A DNA stretch of 64,000 nucleotides from Candidatus Iainarchaeum sp. (GCA_017610205.1 JAFCCL010000002.1:32001-96000), one strand, 5' to 3'. Numbered from the stretch's first letter, positions 26,771 to 37,354 are shown. Numbers and translations are program-made. Notes: a model not told the origin generated them from the sequence alone.

Positions 26771-29700
26771 TTTTTTCAACCTCCTTTTTATCTGTTTTGT
26801 TTTCTTTCACTTCAACCGGGCAGGTAAAATGCTTGCCTTTTATATAGCCGTGTACAGGACAGATGCTGAATGTAGGACTTATTGTATAATAAGGCAGTTT
26901 AAATCCTTGTGCAATCTTTTTTACAAGCCTTGAACATGCTTCTCCTGATTCCATTGCCTCTCCTAAAAAGCCATGCAATACTGTTCCGCCAGTATATTTG
27001 CATTGCAATTCATCCTGATGCTTTAACACATCAAAAATGTCATCACTGTATCCAACAGGCAACTGCGTTGAATTGGTATAATATGGAACTTTTGTTCCTG
27101 CTGTTTTAATATCTGGATAATTCTTTCTGTCAATCTTTGCAAGCCTATAGCTTGATCCCTCTGCAGGCGTTGCTTCAAGATTAAAAATATGGTTTGTCTC
27201 AACTTGGAAGTCTGTTAACCTGTCCCGGAAAAAATCAAGCGTTTTTAAGGCAAACTTTTTTCCCTCGCTTGTTGCAAGCCCTGTTTCCATAAAGTTCAAA
27301 AGGAATTCGTCCATTCCAATAAGACCAATTGTGGAAAAATGATGATTGAGCTCGCCCAAATAGTGCTTGCTCCAGGGCAACAGCCCCTTTTCCATGTTCT
27401 TGTTAACCTCTTTTCTTTTTATCTCCAGGCTTTCTTTTGCAAGATAAAGCAAATTGTCAAGTTTTTCAAACAAATCTGATTCGTCTCTGCTCAAAAAACC
27501 AAGCTTTGGCATATTTATTGTAACAACACCAATGCTTCCGGTTTTTTCCCCAGAACCAAACAAACCGCCTGTCTTTAGCTTAAGCTCTTTAAGATTAAGC
27601 TGCAGCCTGCAGCACATTGATCTAACATCACTTGGCTTAAGGCTGCTGTTTATAAAATTTTGAAAATATGGAATGCCATATTTGGCAGTCATTTCAAAAA
27701 GGGCTTTTGCGTTTTCAGAATCCCAGTCAAATTCTTTTGTTATATTGTAGGTTGGAATTGGAAATGTAAAAACCCTTCCATTAGAATCCCCATTGGCCAT
27801 TACTTCTATAAAAGCCCTGTTAATCAAATCCATCTCAGGCTGGAAATCGGAATAAGTATCACTTTTAGATTCTTTGCCTCCAAGGACAATTGGAACATCC
27901 TGCATGTCTTCAGGAACAGTCCAGTCTATTGTAAGGTTTGTAAAAGGAACCTGGTTGCCCCACCTACTCGTTGCATTGATTGCAAAAATGAACTCCTGCA
28001 TGCTCTGCTTTACTCTTGCATAATCAAGCCTGTCATTCCTTACAAGCGGGGCAAGGTAAGTATCAAAGGAACTGAACGCCTGAGCTCCAGCCCACTCATT
28101 CTGCAAAGTCCCCATAAAATTTACTACTTGACCCAGTGCAGCATTAAAATGCTTTGCAGGCTTTGCACTAATTCGACCTGGAACACCGCCAAAACCCATT
28201 TCAAGCAATTGCCTTAACGACCAACCTGCGCAGTTGTGTGAAAGCATTCCATTGCATAGAAAAGTATGCGATTCTGTTGTTATGTCAAATACAAAAGGAG
28301 AATCGTTTTCAACTGTTTCAATTTTTCTTAGATGAGCAAATTTTTTAAAACAAGGCTCTTTTTGCGAGAACTTAAATTTGTTTTGAGTTACTTTAAGCGA
28401 TTGAGAAAACAGATATGCCTTTGTTTCAGGAATGAAAACAGAAAGAGAGTAAAGTTGTTTCTTAGACTTTATTATACGATTATTAAATTCTCTTTCGCCA
28501 AATGAATCAATTGTAGAAAGAGAAGAATTTATGCCACGAGATTGCAGCCAAAATTGCATTTGACCCAACAAGGTTTTTGAAGTTAATCTTACAACTGCCC
28601 TAGAAACCCATTTGTCATCAGTTCTAACAATACCGTCTCCATCTATTACTCCTGAAACCATTCCCCCAACACAATTGTCAGAATAGTTAATGAATTCTGC
28701 CGGAAGATTCTTATTTTCAGAATAAGCACGCATTTGACCAAACACAGTTCCAAGTTCAAAAGAAAGCTGGTTCAAATCAATTCTGACAACCAAAGTCCCT
28801 TGAAGAGATTGGTTCATTAAGACATTTCCAAAATCTACAACATTCCAATCACTGGTTTCCCTGTTTCTCAGAGCAGTAGAAAATCCGGTTGTTTTGCTTG
28901 CCAAATAGGCCAATAACTTGTGAGCTTCTACACTTTGAGAATTTAATTCAAATGCAAGATAATGATTGTCCTTAAAATAGCCTTCTGCAGCAAAAAATCC
29001 AATAAACCAACCATCTTCTTCATCCAAAGAAGAGCCATTGCCTTGTTTTAATGCAAACCCAGGAGTTACAGCATAATTACTCATAGTTAACTCTCCTGCA
29101 GCGGTTTCTTTTCTTTGGTCAGCAATCAATTCAATTGGTTTTTTAAAAGTGTTTTCACAACCCCTGCATTTATAGTAATCAAAACCGTTGCGATTGCTTC
29201 TATTTTTAAAAACATTTTTGCTTCCGCATGCATTGCATTTAAAAAACTCTTTCTCTTGATTCAAGGCAATAAAGGGATGGTCAGCGGTAACAATTAAATT
29301 GTAGCCGTTTGCCGAATTAATTGACAACAATGGTTTTTCCGTTTCATGCCTTAACACTCTTTTTAAATCAGTCCAGCCACCCTCATCCAAAACCTCAAAG
29401 TCATTAGTGTATTTAATTTCAAAACCGTTTTCTTCCACTATGTTTGAATCAACCAAATCAAACAACTGTTCCAAAGCCAAGCAAAAAAGCTTACTGGAAG
29501 CTTTTTCTCTCACAACAACTGTTTCATTTCTATAAAAAGAATAGCCTGAAAAAACACCGTTTCCCAAATCATGAATGTGAAAATCCGCATTTCTGTGCGC
29601 GTTTGAAATTTCTGCAGGGTAGATATTTCGCAAAGCATACTCGGCAATTACTGCAGCGCTTACATGAGCCTGCAATCCTGACAGAGAATAGGAGGCATTG

Positions 29701-30089
29701 CTGTTTTCAGAAACTCTCCAGTCACTTATTTGCACATAATCGTCAATAATCTTGTTTATTTTGCTCAAAAAGGCCTTACTGTCCCTCAAATTGCTTCTGT
29801 TTTGCCTGTAAAGAATGTAAGCTTTTGCGGTTTTTGCATGACCTGATTCAATTAGCTCTTTTTCAACAGCGTCGGAAACAGCTTCAATATCAACAGGTGC
29901 TGTTCCAAACTGTATTTTAAGCCTGTGAACTATTCTTTGAGTAAGTTCTTGTGCAACCTTTCTATCCTGTCCACCAACAGCCTTTGCAGCAGCAAAAATA
30001 GCGTCCTCTATCCTTTGTTCGTTAAAAGAAACAAGGCTTCCATCCCGTTTTTTCACATTTTCCAAAAATTTCTTTACCACTTGTATCAA
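26757..30089 (-). CDS. nrdD: Class III ribonucleoside-triphosphate reductase with ATP-cone and intein, lacking the Gly-radical C-terminus
   Basis: ATP cone VKKRDG, HIHDL, QNEWAGAQAF, RSMCCRL, EATPAEG, YYTNS, YTGGTVLH, CPVHGY. Confidence 0.95.
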   Translation of the reverse strand: MIQVVKKFLENVKKRDGSLVSFNEQRIEDAIFAAAKAVGGQDRKVAQELTQRIVHRLKIQFGTAPVDIEAVSDAVEKELIESGHAKTAKAYILYRQNRSNLRDSKAFLSKINKIIDDYVQISDWRVSENSNASYSLSGLQAHVSAAVIAEYALRNIYPAEISNAHRNADFHIHDLGNGVFSGYSFYRNETVVVREKASSKLFCLALEQLFDLVDSNIVEENGFEIKYTNDFEVLDEGGWTDLKRVLRHETEKPLLSINSANGYNLIVTADHPFIALNQEKEFFKCNACGSKNVFKNRSNRNGFDYYKCRGCENTFKKPIELIADQRKETAAGELTMSNYAVTPGFALKQGNGSSLDEEDGWFIGFFAAEGYFKDNHYLAFELNSQSVEAHKLLAYLASKTTGFSTALRNRETSDWNVVDFGNVLMNQSLQGTLVVRIDLNQLSFELGTVFGQMRAYSENKNLPAEFINYSDNCVGGMVSGVIDGDGIVRTDDKWVSRAVVRLTSKTLLGQMQFWLQSRGINSSLSTIDSFGEREFNNRIIKSKKQLYSLSVFIPETKAYLFSQSLKVTQNKFKFSQKEPCFKKFAHLRKIETVENDSPFVFDITTESHTFLCNGMLSHNCAGWSLRQLLEMGFGGVPGRISAKPAKHFNAALGQVVNFMGTLQNEWAGAQAFSSFDTYLAPLVRNDRLDYARVKQSMQEFIFAINATSRWGNQVPFTNLTIDWTVPEDMQDVPIVLGGKESKSDTYSDFQPEMDLINRAFIEVMANGDSNGRVFTFPIPTYNITKEFDWDSENAKALFEMTAKYGIPYFQNFINSSLKPSDVRSMCCRLQLNLKELKLKTGGLFGSGEKTGSIGVVTINMPKLGFLSRDESDLFEKLDNLLYLAKESLEIKRKEVNKNMEKGLLPWSKHYLGELNHHFSTIGLIGMDEFLLNFMETGLATSEGKKFALKTLDFFRDRLTDFQVETNHIFNLEATPAEGSSYRLAKIDRKNYPDIKTAGTKVPYYTNSTQLPVGYSDDIFDVLKHQDELQCKYTGGTVLHGFLGEAMESGEACSRLVKKIAQGFKLPYYTISPTFSICPVHGYIKGKHFTCPVEVKENKTDKKEVEKNVKM
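28233..29540 (-). mobile_element. Intein (436 aa) with LAGLIDADG endonuclease in NrdD
   Basis: Starts SFYRNETV after GY, block B VTADHPF, WFIGFFAAEG / SGVIDGDG, block F VFDITT, ends SHN before Cys. Confidence 0.92.
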
Positions 30090-30546
30090 CTCCGAATTCT
30101 AAAACCGTTTTTGCCAAATTTTTAGAAAAGCAAACCCTGGAAATAAATAAAGAACCTAAGCCTATATAAAGAATGATTATAGTTTAGTTTACGTTAGCTA
30201 ATCAAATTTTAAAAAGCCAAAAAATTCGCTTTCTAAACCACAACCCAAATTTTTTTGGCACAAAGTTTGATTTTTTAATTCAGCAAGAAAGCACCTATTC
30301 GGATTCCTTTTACAAACAGGAGAATATATGTTTAACTTGAGTAAGTTTTTAGTGCAACCGCCTGCCAAAAAACAAACAAAGCATATTTCAGGACTTTCTG
30401 CAGAGAAGCAGTTAACAGATTCAAGACCTTCACAACAAGGAATGTCGTCAAAAGCCAAATCGGCATTATAAAAGAAAAAAGAATAAGGGGCAAGATTATC
30501 TTTTTTCCTTCTGTCCCTTACAGTGTTATTATTTCCTCAAACTTAA

Positions 30547-31683
30547 TTATTCTACTTTTGCAATTTCTTGGTCTATAACCTTTTTGAGCTCAGAAAAAGA
30601 TACAGCCCCTGAAATTAATTGACCATTGATGTAATAAGCAGGAACACCACTAACACCTATAGATTGAGCTTCTTGTATATCCAGCTGAATGGCTTGTGCG
30701 TATTTCCCGCTATCTAAACAGGTATTGAATTGCTGTTGATTCAAACCCAAATCGATAGCCCACAGTTTGAAATTTTCTGTGTTTAAATTATCTCTGTTTT
30801 TATAAACAATATCGTGATATTCCCAAAATTTACCCTGTTCATGAGCACACTCTGCAGCCAAAGCAGTTGGAAGAGCCTGTGGGTGAAAGCTCAATGGAAA
30901 ATGTTTATAAACCAACTTAACCTTTCCTGTATCAATATACTGTTCTTTTAGGTTAGGATAAATAGGTTCCCACTCTGGGTTTTGTTGCTTCAATTGTTGA
31001 GAAACAGGAGTATCAACGCCTTCAGAAGCTCCACAGAAAGGGCATTCTACTTCTGAAAATTCGTAAATGGTAACAGGCGCATCTTCATTGCCTAGAATTG
31101 CATTATCGCCAACACTTAATTGCACAGGTGGGTTTTGTGGTGGCTGTTCCTGTAGCTGAACCTCTGGAATCGGCGCTTCCAAGTCAATTATCTGCCCTGC
31201 AATCATTGTTGTTCCATCTTTTGTAACATATACTCCACCGATTTGATTCTGATCATCTTTTGAAAGCTTGAATTCTACAAGGTAAAGCTCGTCATTAAAT
31301 TCTTCAAAAGTAGTAATTTCTACAACAATTTCTTGTAACTTAAAGTTTTCTTCAAGGTAGGCAAGAACTTTTGCTTCAAGCGCTGCCTCGTCAATTGCAC
31401 CCTGGCCTATGTTTCCTTCAGCCGGCAATGCAACCAAGCCAATTCCAATCCCAGGCAAGACAACCTGGCCGACAAGAATTCCAACAACAAGCCCAACAAT
31501 TGCCAACGCAGCAATTTTTGCGTTTAAAACGCCTGTAAGAGAATTTGATTCCTTGCCCTCTTCCCCTTGAGTCTCCTCAGGGGTTTCTTCCGGAGTTTCC
31601 TCAGGAGTTTCTTCCGGAGTTTCCTCAGGAGTTTCCTCAGGAGTTTCTTCGTCTTGCCTTTCAGCATCTTTTTTATCAACCAT
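30547..31683 (-). CDS. Membrane-anchored DsbA-family thioredoxin-fold protein
   Basis: GNEDAPVTIYEFSEVECPFC, KHFPL, AAECAHEQGKFWEYHD, GVSGVP. Confidence 0.9.
   Translation of the reverse strand: MVDKKDAERQDEETPEETPEETPEETPEETPEETPEETQGEEGKESNSLTGVLNAKIAALAIVGLVVGILVGQVVLPGIGIGLVALPAEGNIGQGAIDEAALEAKVLAYLEENFKLQEIVVEITTFEEFNDELYLVEFKLSKDDQNQIGGVYVTKDGTTMIAGQIIDLEAPIPEVQLQEQPPQNPPVQLSVGDNAILGNEDAPVTIYEFSEVECPFCGASEGVDTPVSQQLKQQNPEWEPIYPNLKEQYIDTGKVKLVYKHFPLSFHPQALPTALAAECAHEQGKFWEYHDIVYKNRDNLNTENFKLWAIDLGLNQQQFNTCLDSGKYAQAIQLDIQEAQSIGVSGVPAYYINGQLISGAVSFSELKKVIDQEIAKVE
31567..31650 (-). repeat. 12-bp coding tandem repeat, (EETP)x6+EETQ
   Basis: Direct reading of DsbA N-terminus. Confidence 0.9.
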
Positions 31684-31751
31684 ATAATAAAATTGATTAC
31701 AAAAGACTTAAAAAGCTTCTTTTATTGTGGGCAAGCATGATAAAAAAAAAT

Positions 31752-32216
31752 TCATGGCAATATAAAAACCAGGTCTTTCTCAGAGTCAATTTGCCTGAAT
31801 TCCCTAAAAAGTGTTTTTGCCTGCGAAAAATTTTTTGCCCTCTTAAAAAAAGAAATTGCAATTTTTCCGTTCTTTTTAACAACCCTGTCAATTTCACGTT
31901 TAGCAATTTCAAGATTTGAGTGGTGCAAAGCAGTAAGGCTAATTACTGAATCAAAGCAAGTGTCCCTGAAAGGAAGCTGCTCTGCCCTGGCAACTACCTT
32001 CATTCCTGAAAATTGCTTAACCATTTCAAAAGCAGGGTCCAAAGCAATGCATTCTGCACTATCTTCAAAAAGGCTTGTTACCTGCCCAGTACCTGCTCCA
32101 ATGTCAAGCAAGAGACCGGTTAATTGAATGTTTTTCTTTATTGTTTCAGCCTTTTTTTGCTGCCCCCCGAAATGAAGTTGGTTGTAACCCCTGCTTATTT
32201 CATTATAATAATCCAT
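31752..32216 (-). CDS. Class I SAM methyltransferase
   Basis: LLDIGAGTG, AEQLPF, FDSVISLTALHH. Confidence 0.88.
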   Translation of the reverse strand: MDYYNEISRGYNQLHFGGQQKKAETIKKNIQLTGLLLDIGAGTGQVTSLFEDSAECIALDPAFEMVKQFSGMKVVARAEQLPFRDTCFDSVISLTALHHSNLEIAKREIDRVVKKNGKIAISFFKRAKNFSQAKTLFREFRQIDSEKDLVFILP

Positions 32217-32381
32217 TCAATCAACTGCTTATTTCATTATAGTAATGCATTAGAAAAACTTGCCTTAGAAAGCCCTAAAAAAAGAACTGGCATTCCATTA
32301 AGCGGGTTAAAAGGGTTAAGGGCAAACCACACTGAAACACACATTTATAATAAGTATGAAATGTATGATTAGATAATAAGG

Positions 32382-32729
32382 GTGATTTTTTTGGATGCCA
32401 GGTATAAAGTGAAATGTTATGGCAGTGCAACTGTTGGTGAAAGAGGCCAGGTTGTGCTTCCTGTTGAAATAAGAAAGCTTTTTGGAATAAAGCCAGGTGA
32501 CAAGCTTATTGTAATGGGCGTAGATAAGGGATTTCAAAGTGTTTCTTTAATGAAGTCAGAGGCTGTTACAAAAATGTTTGAACACATGCTTGATTTTGAA
32601 AAGACCATGAAAGAAGGCGGAAAAAATCTTGAAAAACTTCAAAAGGAAGGCTTGGAAGGAATACAAAAACTTAAGGAAAGCGGCATTGAAGGCCTTGGAA
32701 AAAAGCCCAATGGAAAAATGAAAAAATAG
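32382..32729 (+). CDS. AbrB/MazE/SpoVT-family DNA-binding protein
   Basis: GSATVGERGQVVLPVEIRKLFGIKPGD. Confidence 0.9.
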   Translation: MIFLDARYKVKCYGSATVGERGQVVLPVEIRKLFGIKPGDKLIVMGVDKGFQSVSLMKSEAVTKMFEHMLDFEKTMKEGGKNLEKLQKEGLEGIQKLKESGIEGLGKKPNGKMKK

Positions 32730-33452
32730 TTGGTGAATGGAATGGAAAAACCTGTTATAAGAGTTGAAAATGTTTCAAAAATTTATGACATGGGAAAGGT
32801 GCAGGTAAAGGCATTGGATGGCGTAAGCCTTTCAGTTAACAAGGGCCAGTTTCTTTCAATTATGGGACCAAGCGGTTCCGGAAAAACCACGCTCTTGGAT
32901 GTTCTTAGTGCGCTTTTAAGGCCAACAAAGGGTGAAGTTTTTGTAAACGGAAAGCCAATCAGCAAAATGGGCGACGACCAGCTTGCACAGGTTAGAGGAA
33001 AAACAATTGGATTTATTTTTCAGACATTTAACCTTATTCCAAGAATGTCGGCATTGGAAAACGTTATGCTGCCTTTGTGGTTTGCAGGAAAGCCTGTTGA
33101 CGAAAGGAAAAAAATTGCCGAAAAAATTCTTGAAGAAGTTGGACTTGGACAAAGAATGCACCACAAGCCAAATGAACTAAGCGGTGGCCAAAGGCAAAGA
33201 GTTGCAATTGCAAGGGCACTTGCAACAAATCCTGACGTAATTGTTGCCGATGAGCCAACAGGCAACCTTGATACAGTTTCAGGCGAACAGATTCTTGAAC
33301 TTATAAGTGAATTAAACAAAAAACAGGGAAAAACTGTTTTGATGGTAACACACGAAAGCGAAGTTGCCGAAAGGGCACACGAAACAATATTCTTAAGAGA
33401 CGGAAAAATAGTAAAAAAAGAAAAAAATGGAAAGAGGAGGACTAAAAAATGA
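32730..33452 (+). CDS. ABC transporter ATP-binding protein (LolD/MacB type)
   Basis: GPSGSGKT, LSGGQRQR, ADEPTGNLD. Confidence 0.95.
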   Translation: MVNGMEKPVIRVENVSKIYDMGKVQVKALDGVSLSVNKGQFLSIMGPSGSGKTTLLDVLSALLRPTKGEVFVNGKPISKMGDDQLAQVRGKTIGFIFQTFNLIPRMSALENVMLPLWFAGKPVDERKKIAEKILEEVGLGQRMHHKPNELSGGQRQRVAIARALATNPDVIVADEPTGNLDTVSGEQILELISELNKKQGKTVLMVTHESEVAERAHETIFLRDGKIVKKEKNGKRRTKK

Positions 33453-34681
33453 AGAAAATAATATTGCCATTGCTGTTTGTTTTACTGCTTGCAGGCTATG
33501 CTTTTGCAGGCGACCTTGAGGCAGTCAGCTTAAGCTATAGCCCGGCACCTGTTGCGCCAGGCAACGCATTAACAGTTTGGGTGCAGGTAAAAAACAATTC
33601 AATATATGACGCAGAAGACGCTATTATTCAGCTGAAAACTGAATTTCCATTTGTTTTGCAGCCAGGAGAAACAGTACAGCAAAACATTGGCATAATCAAC
33701 CCGTTTGAAACAACAACAGTTGAATACAAACTTTTGGTTGAAGACAATGCAATAGATGGATTGCACTCAATCAAAGTTCTTGTAGGCGAAGAAATTCCAA
33801 TAAGGGAAAGCTCATTTTCAATAAATGTTCTAAGCAGGACACCAAAGCTTGAAATTGTAGAAAGCAATGTAGATGAACTTTCACCAGGAAAAATAACACC
33901 AATAATACTCACAGTAAAAAACATTGGCGGAAGCATTGCAAAAAACATTGTGCTCAAAGTAAATCCTGAAAGGACAATAACCTCAACAGGAGTTGTGGTT
34001 GAAAGGGAAATAGTTTCAGTTGGAGCATCGTCAAAATATATAGACAGGCTTGAAATGGACGAAAGTGCAAATGTTCAACTTGACCTTTCAGTAAATCAAA
34101 ATGCAGAACTAAAAAACTATTCTGTTCCAATTACAATAGAGTACTTTGATCAAAACGGATCATCAAAAACTGAAACCGCATACCTTGGAATAAAAGTAAC
34201 TGCAGAGGCCCAGGTTGATGCAGTAATAAACAGCATAACACCAGGAGCATTTCCAGGCGGAACAAGCGAAATAGTTATTGACATGTTCAACATAGGATTG
34301 GCTGATGCAAAATATGTTGTAGTGGAAATTTCAGGAGAGTACATAAGTGTTGAAGAATCAAAGCAGTTTATTGGAACATTGGAAGCAGATGATTTTGACT
34401 CATTCAAAACAAAAATTTCATTCGATGTTACAACACCAATGCAGGAAATTCCTTTGACACTCAGCATATACTATAAGGACGATGAGCTTGCTGAAAGAAT
34501 TGAAACAAAACAACTCATGGTCAATGTCGCAGGTCCTGGAGAAGCAGCAGGCGCTGGCGGAAGCATACTAACCGGATTTATTAGTTTGGTTGCCATTGTG
34601 CTTGAACTAATAGGGTTGTATGTCGTAGCCAAATGGGCATATCCAAGGGCAAAATCTTTTTTGGTAAAAAGAAAGAAGTAA
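33449..34681 (+). CDS. COG1361-like S-layer-domain accessory protein
   Basis: Signal peptide, three Ig-like repeats, C-terminal TM; typical position in archaeal MacB-like operons. Confidence 0.8.
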   Translation: MKKIILPLLFVLLLAGYAFAGDLEAVSLSYSPAPVAPGNALTVWVQVKNNSIYDAEDAIIQLKTEFPFVLQPGETVQQNIGIINPFETTTVEYKLLVEDNAIDGLHSIKVLVGEEIPIRESSFSINVLSRTPKLEIVESNVDELSPGKITPIILTVKNIGGSIAKNIVLKVNPERTITSTGVVVEREIVSVGASSKYIDRLEMDESANVQLDLSVNQNAELKNYSVPITIEYFDQNGSSKTETAYLGIKVTAEAQVDAVINSITPGAFPGGTSEIVIDMFNIGLADAKYVVVEISGEYISVEESKQFIGTLEADDFDSFKTKISFDVTTPMQEIPLTLSIYYKDDELAERIETKQLMVNVAGPGEAAGAGGSILTGFISLVAIVLELIGLYVVAKWAYPRAKSFLVKRKK

Positions 34682-34739
34682 ACTGGAAAGCCTCCTCTTT
34701 CCCTTTTTTCCTTTCCAAAAAAAAAATACTGGTGTTTGA

Positions 34740-35942
34740 ATGGAAATTGACCAAGAGCTTTTTTCAATTGCTTTTCGCAACCTAAAAATGCACAAACTTC
34801 GCTCTTTTTTAACACTTCTTGGAATAATTATTGGAATTGGCGCAATAGTAGGACTTGCCTCAATAGGAGAAGGACTAAACCAGTCAGTAACAGAAGAATT
34901 TGAAAGAATGGGACTTGACACCCTTACAGTGCAGTCAGGATCAAGCACGGGAATGGCAACTGCAGTAAGCGAGTCACTTAAGGAAGACGATATTGGATTA
35001 ATTGACGGAATTCCAGGCGTTGAAAGTGTGTCAGGATTTTATGAAACAGCAGAAATTGCAGAATTTCGCGGACAGCAAGCGTCAATTTTTATAATCGGAA
35101 TAGCACCAGATGCAAGAGAATTCCTTGAAAAAGCAGGGTATATTGACATAATAAAAGGCAGACATCTTGAATCAAACGACGGATATGCGGTGGTAATTCC
35201 TGAAAGTTTTGTAGAAGCCTTTGAAGGCGAAACATTAAGAGTTAAGGACCAGCTTGAAATAGACGGACAAAAATTCAAAATTGTCGGAATTTCAAAAGAC
35301 ATGAGCGGAGCATTCGGAGGACTTGTTTCAAACATGGTTTTTTTCCCAAAAGAAACCGTTCAGGACTTTTTTGGAGAAGAGAATCCAACAGAAATAATGG
35401 TACAGGCAACAGACAGAGAACTAGTTGACGAAGTGGCTGACAAAATAACTGAAAGGCTTAAGAGGACACATGGGGAAGAAGATTTCACAGTAATGACAAC
35501 AGAAAACATTATGGAAAGTGCAGGAGTTGTACTTGGTTTAATTCAAACAGTTTTGATTGCCCTTGCAGCCATCAGCCTTGTTGTTGGAGCTATTGGAATA
35601 ATGAACACAATGCTAATGGCAGTAATGGAAAGAACAAAAGAAATTGGAGTAATGAAAGCTGTTGGGGCAACAAACAAAAAAGTTTTGTCAATCTTTTTAG
35701 CCGAATCAGCGTTAATAGGAACTGTTGGAGGAATTATTGGAATTATATTTGGGTTTATTCTTGCAGGAATTGTGTCTGTTGTGGCAACACTTTCAGGATT
35801 TGGACTACCAATTGGGGTAAATATTGTGGCAATAATCGTAGCAGTTGCTGTTTCAGTATTTGTTGGAATGGTTTCAGGCTATTTGCCTGCAAGAAGGGCT
35901 GCATTGCTTGAGCCTGTTGAAGCACTAAGGTATGGAAAGTGA
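34740..35942 (+). CDS. ABC transporter permease (MacB/FtsX type)
   Basis: RSFLTLLGIIIG, GIMNTM..VMERTKEIG..KAVGA, PVEALRY. Confidence 0.95.
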   Translation: MEIDQELFSIAFRNLKMHKLRSFLTLLGIIIGIGAIVGLASIGEGLNQSVTEEFERMGLDTLTVQSGSSTGMATAVSESLKEDDIGLIDGIPGVESVSGFYETAEIAEFRGQQASIFIIGIAPDAREFLEKAGYIDIIKGRHLESNDGYAVVIPESFVEAFEGETLRVKDQLEIDGQKFKIVGISKDMSGAFGGLVSNMVFFPKETVQDFFGEENPTEIMVQATDRELVDEVADKITERLKRTHGEEDFTVMTTENIMESAGVVLGLIQTVLIALAAISLVVGAIGIMNTMLMAVMERTKEIGVMKAVGATNKKVLSIFLAESALIGTVGGIIGIIFGFILAGIVSVVATLSGFGLPIGVNIVAIIVAVAVSVFVGMVSGYLPARRAALLEPVEALRYGK

Positions 35943-35970
35943 AAAAAATGAATGTAGTTATTGAAACTGA

Positions 35971-37191
35971 ATGGAAGGAAAAGTGAAAAAAATGACATTG
36001 ATTGATACTGAATTGTTTCACATTGCATTCAAAAACCTTAAAGGAAGAAGGCTTAGGTCGTTTCTCACAATTTTTGGAATAGTAGTAGGAATTGCTGCAA
36101 TTGTTGCACTTATTTCAATAGGAGAGGGATTAAACCAGTCAGTAACTGCAGAATTTGAACAGCTTGGAACCAACACAATAATGGTTTTGCCAGGAGGAGG
36201 CTTTATGGAAAGCGTGTTTGCAAAGCTAAGCGATGACGATGTTGACTTGATTGAAGACGTCAAAGGTGTTGACTTTGCTGCAGCGCTTTATATAACAAGC
36301 CTTCAGGTAGAATATAAAAAAGAAATCAAAACAGTTATTGTAATAGGCATTGACCCTGAAAAAATTGACCAGCTTGGGTTTATTGGAATAGCAAATGTTG
36401 AAGAAGGAAGAAACCTGACACCGCATGATACAACCGCTGTCGTAATCGGAAGCAAGTTTGGTGAAAAAGTACTAAAAGATGACATTGGCTTAAAGCAAAG
36501 CCTTAAAGTTAACGGAGACAAGCTTAGAATTGTTGGAATACTTGAAGAGGCCCAAAACAATTTTGCAAGCATGTTCAATACAGCACTCGCTATGAATAGC
36601 GATTCACTCAAAGGCATTAGTGGCACAGAACTTACTCCATTTAGGATAATTGTAAAAGCCCTTCCAGGAGAAGACATTGGTGAATTAAAGGAAAGAATTA
36701 GTGACAGGCTTAAAAAAGACCACGGCAAAAAGGATTTTCAGGTAATGGACTTGCAGCAAATATCAGAAATAGCAGGTTCGGTAATTGGAATGATAAGCCT
36801 GGTCCTTATAGGAATTGCGGCGATTTCACTTTTGGTCGGAGGCATTGGAATAATGAACACAATGTTAATGTCAGTTCTTGAAAGAACAAAGGAAGTAGGA
36901 GTAATGAAGGCAATTGGGGCAACAACTCCGCGCATAATAAGCATTTTTGTAGTGGAAGCAGGAATGATTGGGCTTGTCGGAGGGGCAATGGGACTGCTTC
37001 TTGGAATAGGAGCCGCAGGCATTGTTTCAATTATTGCCGAAATGGCAGGATTGGCACTAACTGCTGTTGTAACACCAGGCCTTATTATAGGGGCACTTAT
37101 ATTTAGTATGAGTGTTGGAATGGTTGCAGGAGTTTATCCAGCAATAAGAGCCGCAAGTGTTGAACCAGTTGAAGCTCTAAGATATGAATAA
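35971..37191 (+). CDS. ABC transporter permease (MacB/FtsX type), paralogue
   Basis: Same motifs as preceding gene. Confidence 0.95.
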   Translation: MEGKVKKMTLIDTELFHIAFKNLKGRRLRSFLTIFGIVVGIAAIVALISIGEGLNQSVTAEFEQLGTNTIMVLPGGGFMESVFAKLSDDDVDLIEDVKGVDFAAALYITSLQVEYKKEIKTVIVIGIDPEKIDQLGFIGIANVEEGRNLTPHDTTAVVIGSKFGEKVLKDDIGLKQSLKVNGDKLRIVGILEEAQNNFASMFNTALAMNSDSLKGISGTELTPFRIIVKALPGEDIGELKERISDRLKKDHGKKDFQVMDLQQISEIAGSVIGMISLVLIGIAAISLLVGGIGIMNTMLMSVLERTKEVGVMKAIGATTPRIISIFVVEAGMIGLVGGAMGLLLGIGAAGIVSIIAEMAGLALTAVVTPGLIIGALIFSMSVGMVAGVYPAIRAASVEPVEALRYE

Positions 37192-37260
37192 ACCTGTCAA
37201 CCATTTGGTTGAATTTTTTTCAACCCTAATTATATTAAGCCAAAAGCAGGAATTGTTTTA

Positions 37261-37354
37261 CAGGCAACAAGAGGGCTAAGTTGTATCTCTTGGTGAGCCT
37301 GCTCAAAAAGACAATGGTGTCTGCATGGTTTTAGGACTCGGACATCGTTGTCTT
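37261..37354 (+). ncRNA. Candidate structured RNA or leader (two hairpins)
   Basis: CAGGC-AA-CAAGAG/CTCTTG-GTGA-GCCTG and a 16-bp stem 37308-37323/37339-37354 with three G-U pairs; TATA-like TTATATTAA about 30 nt upstream. Confidence 0.45.

Noticed and set aside
30198-30458. Cys-rich 86-aa ORF
   Set aside because: TTG start, no recognisable motif; could be a remnant but cannot be supported.
32382-32729. Toxin-antitoxin module
   Set aside because: The AbrB-type gene is followed by an ABC exporter operon, not a toxin; it is more likely its regulator.
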